This document shows, piece after piece, positions 53,975 through 63,805 of a DNA stretch of 64,000 bases (its first letter is position 1; each line of letters begins with the position of its first letter). Position numbers and translations under genes: made by a program. The notes under the pieces were generated by a model, which was given only the letters and a program-made list of their open reading frames with translations, was not told the DNA's origin and made no database searches. Source of the stretch: Acidobacteriota bacterium (lineage in GTDB: Bacteria; Acidobacteriota; Thermoanaerobaculia; Gp7-AA8). The stretch spans positions 576,001 to 640,000 of the forward strand of contig JAFATB010000014.1 in NCBI GenBank assembly GCA_019244185.1, written 5' to 3'.

Positions 53975-56900
53975 TGCGAAAGACGCTCATCGCCACCGCG
54001 CTCGCGGCCGCCGCTGCAACGATCCTCGCGCAAGCGCGCGACACGTCGTCGCCGGCGCCGATGCCGTCGCTGCGAACGCAGACGCAGGCGCAGGCCGACG
54101 CCAAGTCCGCCGGCTGCCTCACGTGTCATCACGGCATCGAGCCGATGCACGCGTCGGCCGCGGTGCGTCTCGGCTGCACCGACTGCCACGGCGGCGACGC
54201 GAGCGCGCGCACGAAAGAGGCGGCGCACGTGCAGCCGCGCGATCCGTCGCTCTGGAAGACCTCCGCGAATCCGCCGCGCACCTACACCGCGCTTTTGCGC
54301 GAGTCGCCCGAGTTCGTGAAGTTCATCAACCCCGGCGACCTCCGCGTCTCGCACGAGACGTGCGGCGGCTGCCACGCGAAAGAAACCGCCGCGGTGCCGC
54401 GCAGCACGATGACGACGAGCGCCGTCTTCTGGGCCGCCGTCGGCTACGCGAACGGCCTGCTCGGCCAGAAGCCCGCCTTCCTCGGCGAGTCGTACAACCG
54501 CGCCGGCAATCCGCAGATCCTCCTGCCCGCGACGCCGCCCACGCCCGCGCAGATCGCGAAAGGCGCGCTCCCGCGGCTCCTGCCGCTGCCGCGCTGGGAA
54601 ATCTTCCAGCCCGGCGAATACCTGCGCGCGTTCGAACGCGGCGGCTCCGCGAACAACACCATTCCGCCGGAGATCGGCAACCCGAGCGCGAACGACGAAG
54701 CCGGCCGTCCCGACATTCGCCTCGGCAATCGCGGACGCGGCACCGGCTCGCGCATCTCGCCCGGCCTCATCAACCTGCAGAAGACGCGGCTCAACGATCC
54801 GCATCTCTCGTTTCTCGGCACCAACGATCATCCTGGCGACTACCGCTCGTCCGGCTGCAGCGCGTGTCACGTCGTCTACGCGAACGACCGCGATCCGCTG
54901 CACTCCGCGTCGTTCGCGTCCGCGGGAAACACCGGACTCTCGCAAACCGGCGACCCGACCATCCCGAAGAACGAGAAAGGTCATCCGATCCGCCACCAGT
55001 TCACGCGCGCCGTGCCGACGAGCCAGTGCATGAGCTGCCACATGCATCAGCCGAACTCCTTCGTGAACACGTACCTCGGCTACACGATGTGGGACTACGA
55101 GACCGACGCGGAGCTCTTCTGGCCGAAGGAGCAGCGCCATCCGACGGAAGCGGAGAAGCGCGCGTCGCTCGATCACAATCCCGAGGGCGCGGCCGTGCGC
55201 GGGCTGTGGACGAATGTCGATTTTCTGGAGCGCGTTTCCGAGCTGAACGCAAAGGCGAAGCAGACGCAGTTCGCCGACTATCACGGCCACGGCTGGAACT
55301 TCATGGCCGTCTACAAACGCGATCGCAAGGGGAACCTGCTCGACGCGAACGATCGTGTCGTCGATTTCAACGATCCCGCGAAGTTCAGAAAAGCCGTGCA
55401 CCTGCAGGACATCCATCTCGAGAAGGGGATGCACTGCGTCGACTGCCACTTCTCGCAGGACGAGCACGGGAACGGGCAGCTGTACGGCGAGTACGGCAAC
55501 AACATCGAGATCGAGTGCCAGGACTGCCACGGCACGACGAACGCGTACACGAACCTGCGCACGTCCGGTCCCGCGGCGCCCGCGAACGGAACCGATCTCG
55601 CGATGGGCACGACGCCGTTCGGACGCCGACGCTTCGCGTGGGTGAACGGCACACTCTTCCAGCGCTCGATGCTCGACCCGAACCTGCAGTGGGAAGTCGT
55701 GCAGGTGAAGGACACCATCACGCCGGGACATCCGCGCTACAACGCGCGCTCCGCGTACGCGAAGACCATCCGGAACAGCGCAGGCGGCGTCGCGCACAGC
55801 GACGCGAAGATGACGTGCTACGCGTGCCATACGTCGTGGATGACGTCGTGCTCCGGCTGCCATCTGCCGCAGGAGCAGAACGCGAAGAGCGAGACGCATC
55901 ACTACGAGGGCACCGAGACGCGCAACTACGCCTCGTACAACCCGCAGGTCATCCGCACGGACGCCTTCATGCTCGGCGTGAACGGCACGACGAAGGGACA
56001 TCGCCTCGCGCCGGTGCGCTCGTCGAGCGCGCTCGTCATCAGCTCGACCAATCAGCTGCGCGACCGCATCTACATCCAGCAGCCGCCGATCGCCGCGTCG
56101 GGCTACAGCAGCCAGGCCTTCAACGCGCACGTGCCGCACACCGTTCGCGCGCGAGAGACGCAGGGCTGCGGCAGCTGCCACCTCACGAAAGAGAACGACA
56201 ACAATGCGTGGCTCGCGCAGCTGCTGCTGCAGGGCACGAACTTCGTGAACTTCATCGGCCGCTACGCGTACGTCGCGACCGGCAAGGAAGGCTTCGAAGC
56301 CGTTGCGGTGACGGGGTGGGACGAGCCGCAGGCGGTCATCGGCTCGTCGCTGCAGCGCATCGTCTATCCCGACGACTACGCGCGTCACGAGCGCAATCAC
56401 CGCGAGCTCGAGGTCGCGCATCACCACGATGCCGGCGACGCGCGCTCGATCCAGCTGCGCGGCGAGTACGTCTACGTCGCCAGCGGCGCGGATGGCTTCG
56501 CGGTGTACGACGTCGCGAACGTCGACAACAAGGACTTCTCCGAGCACATCACCAGCGCGCCGGTCTCGCCGCTCGGCCAGCGCACGTACGTGAAGACGAA
56601 GTTCGCCAGCGCCGTCGCGTTGCCGACGACGATGCCGATGGATCCGACGCGCAAGACGCAGTTCATCCCCGAGAACGAAGAGCAGCCGATCCATCCGCTC
56701 TATCGCTACGCGTACATCGCCGACCGCGAAGAAGGGTTGATCCTGGTCGACGTCGACACGCTCACCGACGCGAACCCGTCAAACAACTTCCTTGCCCGCG
56801 CGCTGACGTTCAATCCGAACGGCGCGCTCGCCGGCGCGAACAGCATCGCCGTCGCCGGACGCTGGCTCTTCATCGGCGCGCGCGACGCGCTCGTCGTCGT

Positions 56901-57549
56901 CGACATCGACAAGCCGCTGGCGCCGCGCATCGTGGCGACGCTCCCCGAGGTCAAGAACGCCACCGGTATCGGCGTGCAGTTCCGCTATGCGTTCGTCACC
57001 GACGCGCGCGGGCTGCATTCGATCGACATCACCGATCCCGCGCATCCGCGTATCGCCGCGAGCGTGCCGATCGAAAACGCGCGCAGCGTCTACGTCGCGC
57101 GCACGTATGCGTACGTTGCCGCGGGCAAGCGCGGCGTCGTGATCGTCGACGTCGAGCGTCCGGAGAAGCCGTTCGTCGACCAGACCTTCAGCGATGGCAT
57201 TCACGACGCGCACGACGTGAAAGTCGCGTCGACGAACGCCAGCACGTTCGCGTACGTCGCCGACGGCGAGGAAGGGCTGAAAGTCCTGCAACTCACGTCG
57301 CCCGAATGGACGCCCGGCTACGCCGGCTTCAGCCCGCGTCCCGCGCCGCGCCTCATCGCCGTGCGGCACACGCACGGTCCGGCGCTGGCGATCTCGAAGG
57401 GACTCGACCGCGACCGCGCGGTCGACGAGAGCGGCGATCAGGTCTCGACGTTCAACCGCATCGGCGCGCGCCCGATGACCCTTCCCGAGATGCAGCGCCT
57501 CTACCTGCGGAACGGCGCGATCTACACCGTCAGTGAGGAACCGAAATGA
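53974..57549 (+). CDS. Secreted decahaem cytochrome c fused to an LVIVD-repeat beta-propeller
   Basis: 10 CxxCH (CLTCH, CTDCH, CGGCH, CSACH, CMSCH, CVDCH, CQDCH, CYACH, CSGCH, CGSCH); YAY[VI]A...GL.[IV][LV]D repeats; TGATG overlap. Confidence 0.9.
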   Translation: MRKTLIATALAAAAATILAQARDTSSPAPMPSLRTQTQAQADAKSAGCLTCHHGIEPMHASAAVRLGCTDCHGGDASARTKEAAHVQPRDPSLWKTSANPPRTYTALLRESPEFVKFINPGDLRVSHETCGGCHAKETAAVPRSTMTTSAVFWAAVGYANGLLGQKPAFLGESYNRAGNPQILLPATPPTPAQIAKGALPRLLPLPRWEIFQPGEYLRAFERGGSANNTIPPEIGNPSANDEAGRPDIRLGNRGRGTGSRISPGLINLQKTRLNDPHLSFLGTNDHPGDYRSSGCSACHVVYANDRDPLHSASFASAGNTGLSQTGDPTIPKNEKGHPIRHQFTRAVPTSQCMSCHMHQPNSFVNTYLGYTMWDYETDAELFWPKEQRHPTEAEKRASLDHNPEGAAVRGLWTNVDFLERVSELNAKAKQTQFADYHGHGWNFMAVYKRDRKGNLLDANDRVVDFNDPAKFRKAVHLQDIHLEKGMHCVDCHFSQDEHGNGQLYGEYGNNIEIECQDCHGTTNAYTNLRTSGPAAPANGTDLAMGTTPFGRRRFAWVNGTLFQRSMLDPNLQWEVVQVKDTITPGHPRYNARSAYAKTIRNSAGGVAHSDAKMTCYACHTSWMTSCSGCHLPQEQNAKSETHHYEGTETRNYASYNPQVIRTDAFMLGVNGTTKGHRLAPVRSSSALVISSTNQLRDRIYIQQPPIAASGYSSQAFNAHVPHTVRARETQGCGSCHLTKENDNNAWLAQLLLQGTNFVNFIGRYAYVATGKEGFEAVAVTGWDEPQAVIGSSLQRIVYPDDYARHERNHRELEVAHHHDAGDARSIQLRGEYVYVASGADGFAVYDVANVDNKDFSEHITSAPVSPLGQRTYVKTKFASAVALPTTMPMDPTRKTQFIPENEEQPIHPLYRYAYIADREEGLILVDVDTLTDANPSNNFLARALTFNPNGALAGANSIAVAGRWLFIGARDALVVVDIDKPLAPRIVATLPEVKNATGIGVQFRYAFVTDARGLHSIDITDPAHPRIAASVPIENARSVYVARTYAYVAAGKRGVVIVDVERPEKPFVDQTFSDGIHDAHDVKVASTNASTFAYVADGEEGLKVLQLTSPEWTPGYAGFSPRPAPRLIAVRHTHGPALAISKGLDRDRAVDESGDQVSTFNRIGARPMTLPEMQRLYLRNGAIYTVSEEPK

Positions 57550-58859
57550 AACGCGTGAGCCTCGCGATCGCACTCTGCGCTGTCGTCGCCGTCGCCGCAC
57601 AGCAGCCGCCCGCCGCGCCGCCCGCACCAGCGCCCGAAGCCGCCGCGCCGTCGTCGACGCCTGGCCACTACGCCGGCGTGGCGTCCTGCGCGAACTCCGG
57701 CTGCCACGGCTCGACCCAGCCGCTCAACGCGACGCGCGTGCTGCAGAACGAGTACTACACCTGGCTCAATCACGATCGCCACGCCGGCGCGTACAACGTC
57801 CTCTTCAACCAGCTCTCCGCGCGCATCGCGAAGAACATGCGCCTGCGCAAGCACGCGTACGAGGAAGCGCTCTGCCTCGACTGTCACACCACGAACGTTC
57901 CCGCGTCGCTCGTCGAAGGACGCGTCGACGTCGAAGACGGCATCCAGTGCGAGGTCTGTCACGGCCCGGCCAGCGGCTGGCGCGCCGAGCACACGGAAGA
58001 AGGGTGGACGCACGCGCAGAGCGTCGCGCGCGGCATGATCGATCTGCGACGCATCTCCGCGCGCGCGCAGGTCTGCACGGCCTGTCACGTCGGCAGCGCG
58101 CGCAAGGAAGTCGACCACGAGCTGATCGCGTCGGGACATCCGCAGACGCCGTTCGAGCTCGATAACTTCACCGAGGTCGAGCCGCCGCACTGGACGCCGG
58201 GCAGGGAGACGCATGGCGTGCCGGCGTGGGCGGTGGGGCAGGTGGTCGCGTTCCGCGAGTCGCTCGACAACCTCGCGCGTCATGCGCGCGGCGAGAAGTG
58301 GCCCGAGTTCTCGGACATGAGCTGCTACAACTGCCATCACGATCTCAAGGACAGCCAGTGGCGGCAGGAGCGTGGCTGGCCGGATCGGGCCGGACTGCCC
58401 GCGTGGAGTCCGCAGCGCTGGGCCGTGCTGCGCTTGCTCGTGGGACGCGTGTCGCCGTCGTCGCGCGACGCGCTCGATCCGCTCGTCGCGCAGCTCGCGC
58501 GCAACGTCTCGCGCATGAACGATTCCGCGGCCGTCGCGGCGACGGCGGAGAACGTGCGTCGCGTCGTCGAGCCGCTCGTCGGAAAAGTCGAAGCGGCGCG
58601 CTGGAACGAAGGCGACGTCCGCGCGCTCATGGCGTCCATCACCGATGATCGCGGTGTCCTTGCCGACGTGCATTCCGCGCAGCAGGCCGCGCTCGCGCTG
58701 CAGAGCCTCGCCAGCGTGCTCACGCGCCGCGATCCGCGTCTGTTGCGCGGCGCGCTCGTGAAGTCGATCGACGCGCTCTTCGACGACGTGCAGAAGCGCG
58801 ACGAGTACGAGCCCGCGCGTTTCGCGCAGAAGCTGGCGGCGGTGAAAGCCGCGCTGTAG
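57546..58859 (+). CDS. Secreted multihaem cytochrome c (c554-like; 4 CxxCH + 1 CX4CH)
   Basis: CANSGCH, CLDCH, CEVCHGPAS, CTACH, CYNCHH; signal peptide; ATGA overlap. Confidence 0.88.
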   Translation: MKRVSLAIALCAVVAVAAQQPPAAPPAPAPEAAAPSSTPGHYAGVASCANSGCHGSTQPLNATRVLQNEYYTWLNHDRHAGAYNVLFNQLSARIAKNMRLRKHAYEEALCLDCHTTNVPASLVEGRVDVEDGIQCEVCHGPASGWRAEHTEEGWTHAQSVARGMIDLRRISARAQVCTACHVGSARKEVDHELIASGHPQTPFELDNFTEVEPPHWTPGRETHGVPAWAVGQVVAFRESLDNLARHARGEKWPEFSDMSCYNCHHDLKDSQWRQERGWPDRAGLPAWSPQRWAVLRLLVGRVSPSSRDALDPLVAQLARNVSRMNDSAAVAATAENVRRVVEPLVGKVEAARWNEGDVRALMASITDDRGVLADVHSAQQAALALQSLASVLTRRDPRLLRGALVKSIDALFDDVQKRDEYEPARFAQKLAAVKAAL

Positions 58860-58924
58860 CGCGGCGTTCGCCTGCTATCATCGTCGCGGGTCAGATCCCC
58901 ACCACAATTCGAGCGGAGGTCGAG

Positions 58925-59422
58925 ATGGCGGAACCCTTCACCGGTGAAGTCCGGATGTTCGCGTTCGAGCTCGTGCCGGAAGGCTGGGCGCGCTGCGATG
59001 GACAGATCCTCCCCATCAGCCAGAACCAGGCGCTCTACAGTTTGTATGGGAAGACGTTCGGCGGCGACGGCATGCGGACCTTCGCGCTTCCCGATCTCCG
59101 CGGGCGCGTGGCCATTCATCCGGACCGCGAGCTGCCGCAGGGAAGCAGCGGCGGCGAAGCGGAGCATGTCCTCAACGCGTACGAGATGCCCGCGCACACG
59201 CACCGTCTGCGCGCCGCCAACGCGCCGCCCTCGACGAACGATCCTTCGCGCGGTGTGCTCGCGGGCGCGCCGATCTGGATCGCCGCGAAACATGGAAACG
59301 TCGAAGCTCTCGCGTCCGGCACGGTCGTTCCCGCGGGCATGCACAAGCCGCACGCGAACATGCAGCCGTATCTCACGGTCTCGTTCTGCGTCTCGCTCGT
59401 CGGGCATTACCCGAGGCGTTAG
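58925..59422 (+). CDS. Phage tail-collar domain protein, triplet 2 subunit A
   Basis: MAEPFTGEVR, LPISQNQALYSL, FALPDLRGR, HTH, NMQPYL..SFC; GGAGG RBS. Confidence 0.92.
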   Translation: MAEPFTGEVRMFAFELVPEGWARCDGQILPISQNQALYSLYGKTFGGDGMRTFALPDLRGRVAIHPDRELPQGSSGGEAEHVLNAYEMPAHTHRLRAANAPPSTNDPSRGVLAGAPIWIAAKHGNVEALASGTVVPAGMHKPHANMQPYLTVSFCVSLVGHYPRR

Positions 59423-59442
59423 AAGTTCCTCAGGAGGAAGCG

Positions 59443-59937
59443 ATGTACGACGCGTTCATCGGTGAGATTCGCATGTTCGCCGGCAACTACGCGCCGGAAG
59501 GATGGGCCTTCTGCGACGGCGCCGAGCTCTCCATCGGCGAACAGCCGGTGCTCTTCAGGCTGATCCAGACGAAGTACGGCGGCGACGGCCACAGCACCTT
59601 CCGGCTGCCCGACCTCCGCGGACGCGCGCCGGTGCACGCGGGCAATGGCTACGCCCTCGGGCAGAAGGGCGGCAGCGAGACCGTCACCCTCACGCTGGCC
59701 GAGCTGCCGATCCACATTCATGGGTTCAACGCCAGCACCGCTGTCGCCACCGACTCCACTCCCGAGAACAAACTCTTCGGCGAGGCCGCGAGCATGTCCA
59801 TCTACGCGGCCACGGCCAACGCGCCCGTGCCGAACGCGCTCGATGCGGCCGGCGGCGGGCAACCGCACGAGAACATGCAGCCGTTCCAGGTCGTGAACTA
59901 CATCATCTGCATGCAGGGCTACTACCCGCAGGGGTGA
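59443..59937 (+). CDS. Phage tail-collar domain protein, triplet 2 subunit B
   Basis: FIGEIRMFAGNYAPEGW, LPDLRGR, HIH, PHENMQPF. Confidence 0.92.
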   Translation: MYDAFIGEIRMFAGNYAPEGWAFCDGAELSIGEQPVLFRLIQTKYGGDGHSTFRLPDLRGRAPVHAGNGYALGQKGGSETVTLTLAELPIHIHGFNASTAVATDSTPENKLFGEAASMSIYAATANAPVPNALDAAGGGQPHENMQPFQVVNYIICMQGYYPQG

Positions 59938-59946
59938 GGAGGCGCC

Positions 59947-60456
59947 ATGGAACCGTTCATCGCGGAGATCCGCATCATGCCGTATTCGTTCGCGCCGGAT
60001 GGCTGGGCGATGTGCGAGGGGCAGTTGCTGCGCATCGCACAGCACAACGCGCTCTTCAGCATCATCGGCATGCAGTTCGGCGGTGACGGCCGCGACACGT
60101 TCGGCTTGCCCGACCTGCGCGGCGCCGTCCCGATCGGCCGCGGAGCGGCACCGGGGCTCACGAACCGCAACCTCGGCGAGAAGGGCGGCGCCGCCACCGT
60201 CACGCTGACCGAGCGCGAGATGCCGGCGCATACGCACACGCTGCTCCTCTCGTCGAGCGCGCCCAACTCGCTCCGCCCCGGCGGGAAGGTGCCGGGCGCG
60301 GCGAAGCTGTATGCGCCTCTCACGAATCCGGTCGCGGTCGCGGAACAAGTCATCGGCGTCGCCGGCCAGGGCATGCCGCACAACAACATGCAGCCGTATC
60401 TCTCCCTGAATTACTGCATTGCGTTGCGCGGCGTCTTCCCGATGCGCCCGCGCTGA
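59947..60456 (+). CDS. Phage tail-collar domain protein, triplet 2 subunit C
   Basis: FIAEIRIMPYSFAPDGW, GAAPGLT, HTH, PHNNMQPYL. Confidence 0.92.
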   Translation: MEPFIAEIRIMPYSFAPDGWAMCEGQLLRIAQHNALFSIIGMQFGGDGRDTFGLPDLRGAVPIGRGAAPGLTNRNLGEKGGAATVTLTEREMPAHTHTLLLSSSAPNSLRPGGKVPGAAKLYAPLTNPVAVAEQVIGVAGQGMPHNNMQPYLSLNYCIALRGVFPMRPR

Positions 60457-60515
60457 GCCGCGTCTGCTGAAACTGATGTAAACGCGGCGATGTGCTGCGC
60501 TGTCCAAAGCGCATC

Positions 60516-62349
60516 ATGCGAGTTCTCGCGCTTCTCGCCGCCGTCGCCGTGACGGCTCCCGCCGCGGCGCCTGTCACCACAGCCGATTGCCCGCGTGCCG
60601 TGCTCGGCAGCGCGAACGCCGCGTCCGCCGCGCTGATCCACCAGCTCTCCGTCCACGCGGAGAAGGTCGCGCCCACGCCGCCGGGAAAACACCGCGCCGT
60701 CGCGCATCCGTCGAACGCCGCGCTGCCGGTCGCGAACTACATCGACACGTGGATCGCCGCGAAGCAGACCGCGGATCACGTCGTGCCGACCTCGCTCGCC
60801 GGCGACGAGGAGTTCCTCCGCCGCGTCTCGCTCGATCTCACCGGACAGATCCCGACGTCCGCGCAAGTCACCGCGTTCGTCGCCGATCCATCGCCGGCGA
60901 AGCGCGCGCACGAGATCGACGCGCTGCTCGCCTCCGACGCGTTCGTCGACCGCTGGACGATGTGGTTCGGCGATCTCGTGCAGAACGTGCAGGTCTCGAC
61001 GAACGCGCGCGAGTTCTACGTCGGCCGCAACATGTACTACGGATGGATCCGCGACTCGATCCGCGCCGGCAAGCCGTACGACGTCATGGTGCGCGAGCTC
61101 CTCGCCGGCAAGGGCGATTCCTTCGTGACGGGGACGCCGAACTATGTCGTGCGGCAACTGCAGAACAACGGACCTCCGCAGGACACCTACGACAACCTCG
61201 CCGCGCATTCCGCCGAGAAGTTCCTCGGCATCCCGATGCTCTGCATCTCCTGCCACGACGGCACGGGGCATCTCGAGCTCGTGAACTGGTATCTCCGCGG
61301 GAAGAAGCGCTACGACTTCTGGCGCATGGCCGCGTTCTTCGCGCGCGTCACCGCGAAGTCGAGCCCGTACACCGATCCCGCGAATCCGAACGTCAACCTG
61401 CCGCAAGTTCGACGTCGAGGAAAATCCCAACGGCCGCTACCTGCTGAACACCGACTCCGGCAACAAGACGCCGCGCGCGCCCGCCGCCGGAGCGACGACG
61501 AACGTCGTCACGCCGGCGTTCCTCCTCACCGGCGAAGAGCCGCGCGCGGGCGAGCCGTATCGCGACGCGTACGGCCGCATGCTCACGGCCGACCGCCAGT
61601 TCGCGCGCGCGGCGGTGAACTATCTCTGGAAGGAGATGTTCGGACTCGGACTCGTCGAGCCGGTGAACGCGTTCGATCTCACGAAGCTCACCACGCAGCC
61701 GACGCATCCCGAGCTGCTCGAAGCGCTCGCCGGCGACTTCATCGCCAAGAACTACGATCTGCGCGCGCTGCTGCGCACGATCGCGAATTCGAGCACGTAT
61801 CAGCTCTCCGCGAAGTACACGCCGGCGACGTGGCAGGAAGCGTGGGTGCCGGACTACGCGCGGCGTTATCCGCAGCGGTTGCCGGCCGAGGCGCTGCTCG
61901 ATGCGATTGCGACGGCGACGGCGCTGCCGCCGGACATCAACGTGAACGGCGCCGCGACGGTGCATCGCGCGATGCAGCTGCCCGACACGACGGAATCGCG
62001 TCGCACCGCGAACGGGCGCTTTCTCGACGCCTTCGGACGCGGCGATCGCGACGAGAACAAACGCACGAACGACGCGTCGATCTCGCAGGCGCTGTCGATG
62101 CTCAACGATCCGATCGTCACGACGCGCGTGCGCCGCGCGACGAAAGGCTCGACGGTGTCGGCGGTGCTCGCGTCGACGAACGATCCCGGAACGATCGCGG
62201 ACAAGCTGTACCTCGCGACGCTGTCGCGCAATCCGACGGCGAGCGAACGGCAGCTCGCGATCGACTATCTGCGAAGCGGCAACCTCGGCGATCGTGCCGA
62301 GGATCTGCAGTTCGCGCTCATCAACAGCCTCGAGTTTCTCTTCAACTGA
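60516..62349 (+). pseudogene. DUF1549/DUF1553 (Planctomycete PSD1-type) protein split by a +1 frameshift near 61401 (pseudogene or sequencing error)
   Basis: DEEFLRRVSLDLTG, KPYDVMVRELL and CISCHD lie in one frame; VNYLWKEMFGLGLVEP, THPELLEALA and NSLEFLFN lie in the next. Removing one C at CTG-C-CGC joins them. Confidence 0.82.
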
Positions 62350-62351
62350 TC

Positions 62352-63734
62352 ATGTGCGACCGCGACGGATCGTTCTCTCTCCACGGTGACGGCTTCTCGC
62401 GTCGGCGCTTTATCAAAGTCGCCGGCACCGGCCTCGTCGCCTCGTACTTTGCCGACGTGCTCGAGCCGCGGCTGCTGCTCGCGGATACCACGACCGCGAA
62501 CGTGCATCTGCAGAACAGCGCCAAGAGCTGCATCTTCATCTTCCTTGCGGGCGCACCGAGTCAGACCGACTTGTGGGATCTGAAAGAGGGGAGCTGGACG
62601 CCGGCCGACTTCGCGCCAACGTCGCATGGCGACGTGCGCTGGCCGCAGGGACTCCTCGGCAAGACCAGCGATCATCTCGCGCGCCTCAGCATCATCCGCT
62701 GCTCGCTGGCGTGGGCGGCGGTGCATTCGCTCGGGCAGGCGTGGGCGCAGATCGCGCGCAATCCCGGCGGCGCGACCGGCTCGATCGCGCCGCACATCGG
62801 CGCCGTCGTCTCGCTCGAGTCGCAAGCCGCGCGCACGCCGAGCGAAGTGCTGCCCGGCTTCATCGCGCTCAACGCCGGCTCGATCCCGACGTCGGGTTAT
62901 CTGCCGGCGAAGTACGCGCCGTTCGGCGTCACGACGGCGTCGACGGGACTCTCCGCGCTGCAGCATCCCGACGGCGCCGCGCGCTTCGCCTCGCGCTGGG
63001 ATTTTCTGCATCGCCTCGACGCCGCGCGCAGCAGCGACTCGCTGGGCAAGCGCGCCAGCGACATGGACGATTTCTACGACGCGGGCAAGCAGCTGATGGA
63101 CACGCCCGCCGTCAACGCGCTGTTCTCGTTCAGCGATGCCGAGCACGCCCGCTACGGCGCGTCCGACTTCGGCGACTCGCTCGTCGTCGCGCGCAACCTC
63201 GTCTCGTCCGGACTCGGCGCGCGCTTCGTGCAGGCCACGCTCGGCGGCTGGGACCATCACTCCGACATCTACGACAACAGCGCCACGAGTTCGCTGTACT
63301 CGCAATGCGCGCAGTTCGATCCCGCGTTCGCCGCGCTGCTCGCCGATCTCTCGTCGATGCCGGGACTCTCCGCCGGCAAGACCATGCTCGACGACACGCT
63401 CATCGTCGTCGTCGGCGAGTTCGGCCGCACCGTCGGACCGCTGAACAATCAGGGCGGACGCGATCACTACCTGCGCAACTCGGTCGTCCTGGCCGGCGGC
63501 GGCACGCGCGGCGGCAAAGTCGTCGGACAGACCGACAGCGTCGGCGACAAGGTGACGGACTACCAGTGGTCCGGCAATCGCGACGTGCGTCCCGAAGACA
63601 TCACGTGCACGATGTACTCCGCGCTCGGCATCGACTACACGAAGGTGCGCACCGACGATCCGCTCGGCCGCGGCTTCGAGTACGTGCCCGGCGCGGGCAT
63701 CGGCGAGTACGTTCCACTCGACGAGCTGTTCTGA
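62352..63734 (+). CDS. DUF1501 family protein with Tat signal
   Basis: SRRRFIK; IFIFLAGAPSQTDLWDLK, GGWDHH, GEFGRT, GRDH; usual partner of DUF1549/1553. Confidence 0.9.
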   Translation: MCDRDGSFSLHGDGFSRRRFIKVAGTGLVASYFADVLEPRLLLADTTTANVHLQNSAKSCIFIFLAGAPSQTDLWDLKEGSWTPADFAPTSHGDVRWPQGLLGKTSDHLARLSIIRCSLAWAAVHSLGQAWAQIARNPGGATGSIAPHIGAVVSLESQAARTPSEVLPGFIALNAGSIPTSGYLPAKYAPFGVTTASTGLSALQHPDGAARFASRWDFLHRLDAARSSDSLGKRASDMDDFYDAGKQLMDTPAVNALFSFSDAEHARYGASDFGDSLVVARNLVSSGLGARFVQATLGGWDHHSDIYDNSATSSLYSQCAQFDPAFAALLADLSSMPGLSAGKTMLDDTLIVVVGEFGRTVGPLNNQGGRDHYLRNSVVLAGGGTRGGKVVGQTDSVGDKVTDYQWSGNRDVRPEDITCTMYSALGIDYTKVRTDDPLGRGFEYVPGAGIGEYVPLDELF

Positions 63735-63805
63735 CGTCGAGCTGTTCTGACGCGCGCCTCCGCATCGGTGGCGCCGCGCGCGGCAGCGACGTATGCTCGC
63801 CGCGC

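Noticed and set aside
53974-58859. Assignment to MtrA/MtrC, NrfA or HAO
   Set aside because: Haem spacing, LVIVD fusion and absence of CxxCK do not fit those families; left unnamed.
60492-63734. 1080-aa ORF as a real fusion protein
   Set aside because: The middle third is off-frame text; it is explained by a +1 frameshift plus a separate DUF1501 gene with its own Tat signal.
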